64,000 nt of DNA from Selaginella moellendorffii (Eukaryota > Plantae > Lycopodiophyta): contig NW_003314312.1 in assembly GCF_000143415.4 (NCBI RefSeq), forward strand, positions 1,767-65,766, written 5' to 3'. The stretch's first letter is position 1, and every line of letters starts with the position of its first letter. Below are positions 62,215 to 64,000 of this stretch, piece after piece. A program made the position numbers and the translations under genes. Under the pieces are notes generated by a model. It was not told the DNA's origin, did no database searches, and saw only the letters and a program-made list of their open reading frames with translations.

Positions 62215-64000
62215 AGGTAGCTGGCAATATTTGGTATCGGAGACTTTTCCTCAGTTCTAGCTAAGGATAGAGGCGGATTGTTGGGAGATGGCAAAGCCAG
62301 GGTGTGAGCGAACCCAGGTGGAGATGGAACCTCCACCAGAGCTGGAGCCTCCGGTCGAACAAGAGGCTATGGATGAGGAATCCTTGCATGAGGAGGACTC
62401 TAGTGAGGAAACTTCCAAACAGGAGTCCGGTGGCGAGGTTCGGTCGTCTAAGGCTCGATTGGACGTTCTAGAAAGACAATTGGCGCAGACCAATGCCCTG
62501 CTGGAGACTCTCGTATGCAAGCTAAAGTGTAATGAGAAGCAGAAGAAAAAGCGAAAGACTGCAGATGCTGGTGGCGCAGAAGGTGTGGACCCTTCGGCAG
62601 GGACTGAGGCAAAACCAAACAAAGTCGAACAGACCGAAGTGGAATCAGTCCCTCAGGCAGTTCCCAAGTACAAACCAAAGCCCCCACCGGTCTTCAAGGG
62701 AGTGAACGACTATAAGGTGGTGGAGGATTGGTTTTACGATATGGAGGACTACTTCCGAGCGTTGCGGTTACCGAGCTCAAAGAAGGTCCCATGTGCAAAA
62801 CTATACTTGGCAGATAATGCCAAGTCTTGGTGGAGAATGACAGAGGCCAACGAAGGACCGGTGGCCACTTGGGAAATGATGAAGGCGAGGATCCGCGCGA
62901 CTTACGTTCCTTCAAATGCTACCTTGCATTTAAGGGACGAGCTGAGTAGGCTAAAACAGACCGAAACCATTCAGGAGTATGTGAATGGGTTTATGGCAAA
63001 GAGGATACTTGTCATGGACATGGGGGATATGGATGTGTTCCATGCCTTCATATCAGGTTTGCAAACCTGGGCTCGCGGTGAGGTGATGCGGTGGAACCCA
63101 ACCAACTACAAGGAAGCGTTGGATGCAGCCATCAAGGTGCATTTCAACGATAGCCTGCGAAAGGAGAACATGACGGGGTTGGGATCCACATTTAGCAAAG
63201 GGGCCAAACCAAGGGGAACATATAGCAAGGGGAAATTCAAGAAGAGTTTCTCTAAGAATGAGTCCTCGGGGTTGCGAAAAGGCAAATCCGGTGGCCAGCG
63301 AACGAGTACGTGGGGGAGTCAAGCGAAAAGAGACAAACCCACGGATAAAAAGGTCAAGTCGTATAGCAGCGTGGGAAACAACATATGCTACAACTGCGGT
63401 GAAGCAGGACACTTTTCGAGGGAATGTCCCTACCCGAAGAAGGCCAGAGCCAATATGGCCATCAAGTCGGGTGAAGTCCAAACTGAGGTATTTGATCCAG
63501 TCCCTAACTCAAAGTTACTCATTACACAAGCAACTTTGGTAGAGAGTCGTTCGCGACATCTGCTAGCCCTCCGAGGGAAGCTCGGAGGTAGCTTTGTTAA
63601 GATCCTTATTGACACGGGTGCTTCGGATAATTTTGTGGCTGCAGACATAGTCCGGCAAGCTAGACTAACGGTGCAGCGGCTAGGCAAACCAAGGACTATA
63701 GAGTTTGTTCAAGGTAGCCAAAGCACTGATGAGGTACTTTGACAAGCGAGAGTCGAAGTAGGGACTTGGAAAGTAGACATGGACTTCACCGTGTTGGGCA
63801 TGGCAGGATTTGACGTGATCTTCGGGATGGATTGGTTCAATCGGTTCATGGTAGCCCTACATGAACAAGGTAGGAACCTTGTGATACTGGCAAATGCTCA
63901 AGGAAGAAGATCTAAGGTGGAGGCCCAAGATCTAAAGGTAGGGCAAAGCAAGGCCAAAGATTCCTGCTTAAACCTGGTGTCCACGAAAGGACAACTCACT
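62215..64000 (+). mobile_element. 5' part of a Gypsy element: PBS, gag with CCHC knuckle, aspartic protease
   Basis: PBS tggtatcggag 62232-62242; ORF 62288-63742 with retrotransposon gag, CYNCGEAGHFSREC and LIDTGAS. The same frame continues after TGA (63740-63742) with FDVIFGMDWF. Confidence 0.95.

Noticed and set aside
63740-63742. Programmed stop-codon readthrough between gag and pol
   Set aside because: The TGA falls inside the protease domain and is more simply a point mutation (e.g. CGA>TGA); other copies would be needed to decide.

Overview
Eukaryotic plant genomic DNA with five N gaps. Short (~50-80 nt) GT-AG introns, PLS-class PPR genes and the retrotransposon types point to a compact seed-free land-plant genome, most likely a lycophyte such as Selaginella (inference). 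Bases 1-~8.8 kb hold the main find: an apparent Mutator-like DNA transposon. It has a minus-strand DDE transposase with an N-terminal GCM/WRKY-like Zn-finger and a divergently transcribed 8-intron gene fusing a ParB/Sulfiredoxin-like domain to a prokaryote-type beta-class N6-adenine/N4-cytosine DNA methyltransferase domain. A small Zn-finger ORF and short motif arrays lie alongside; this copy carries disabling lesions. Bases 8.8-42.6 kb are mostly nested, decayed LTR retrotransposons: Gypsy pol remnants, a large element containing a three-LTR tandem with one 5-bp TSD and a chimeric LTR, a TRIM, and a Copia fragment. They are interrupted by a ~270-nt fold-back hairpin, an S-protein-homologue gene and a PPR pseudogene. 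Bases 42.6-59.6 kb are gene-dense: internally deleted pseudogenes (Arg-tRNA synthetase, GDSL lipase, Fd-GOGAT), unknown spliced genes, an F-box gene, a Pro-rich secreted protein, and DHDPS head-to-head with a PLS PPR gene. Bases 59.9-64 kb contain two further Gypsy elements. All calls come from reading the sequence; no database searches were run.
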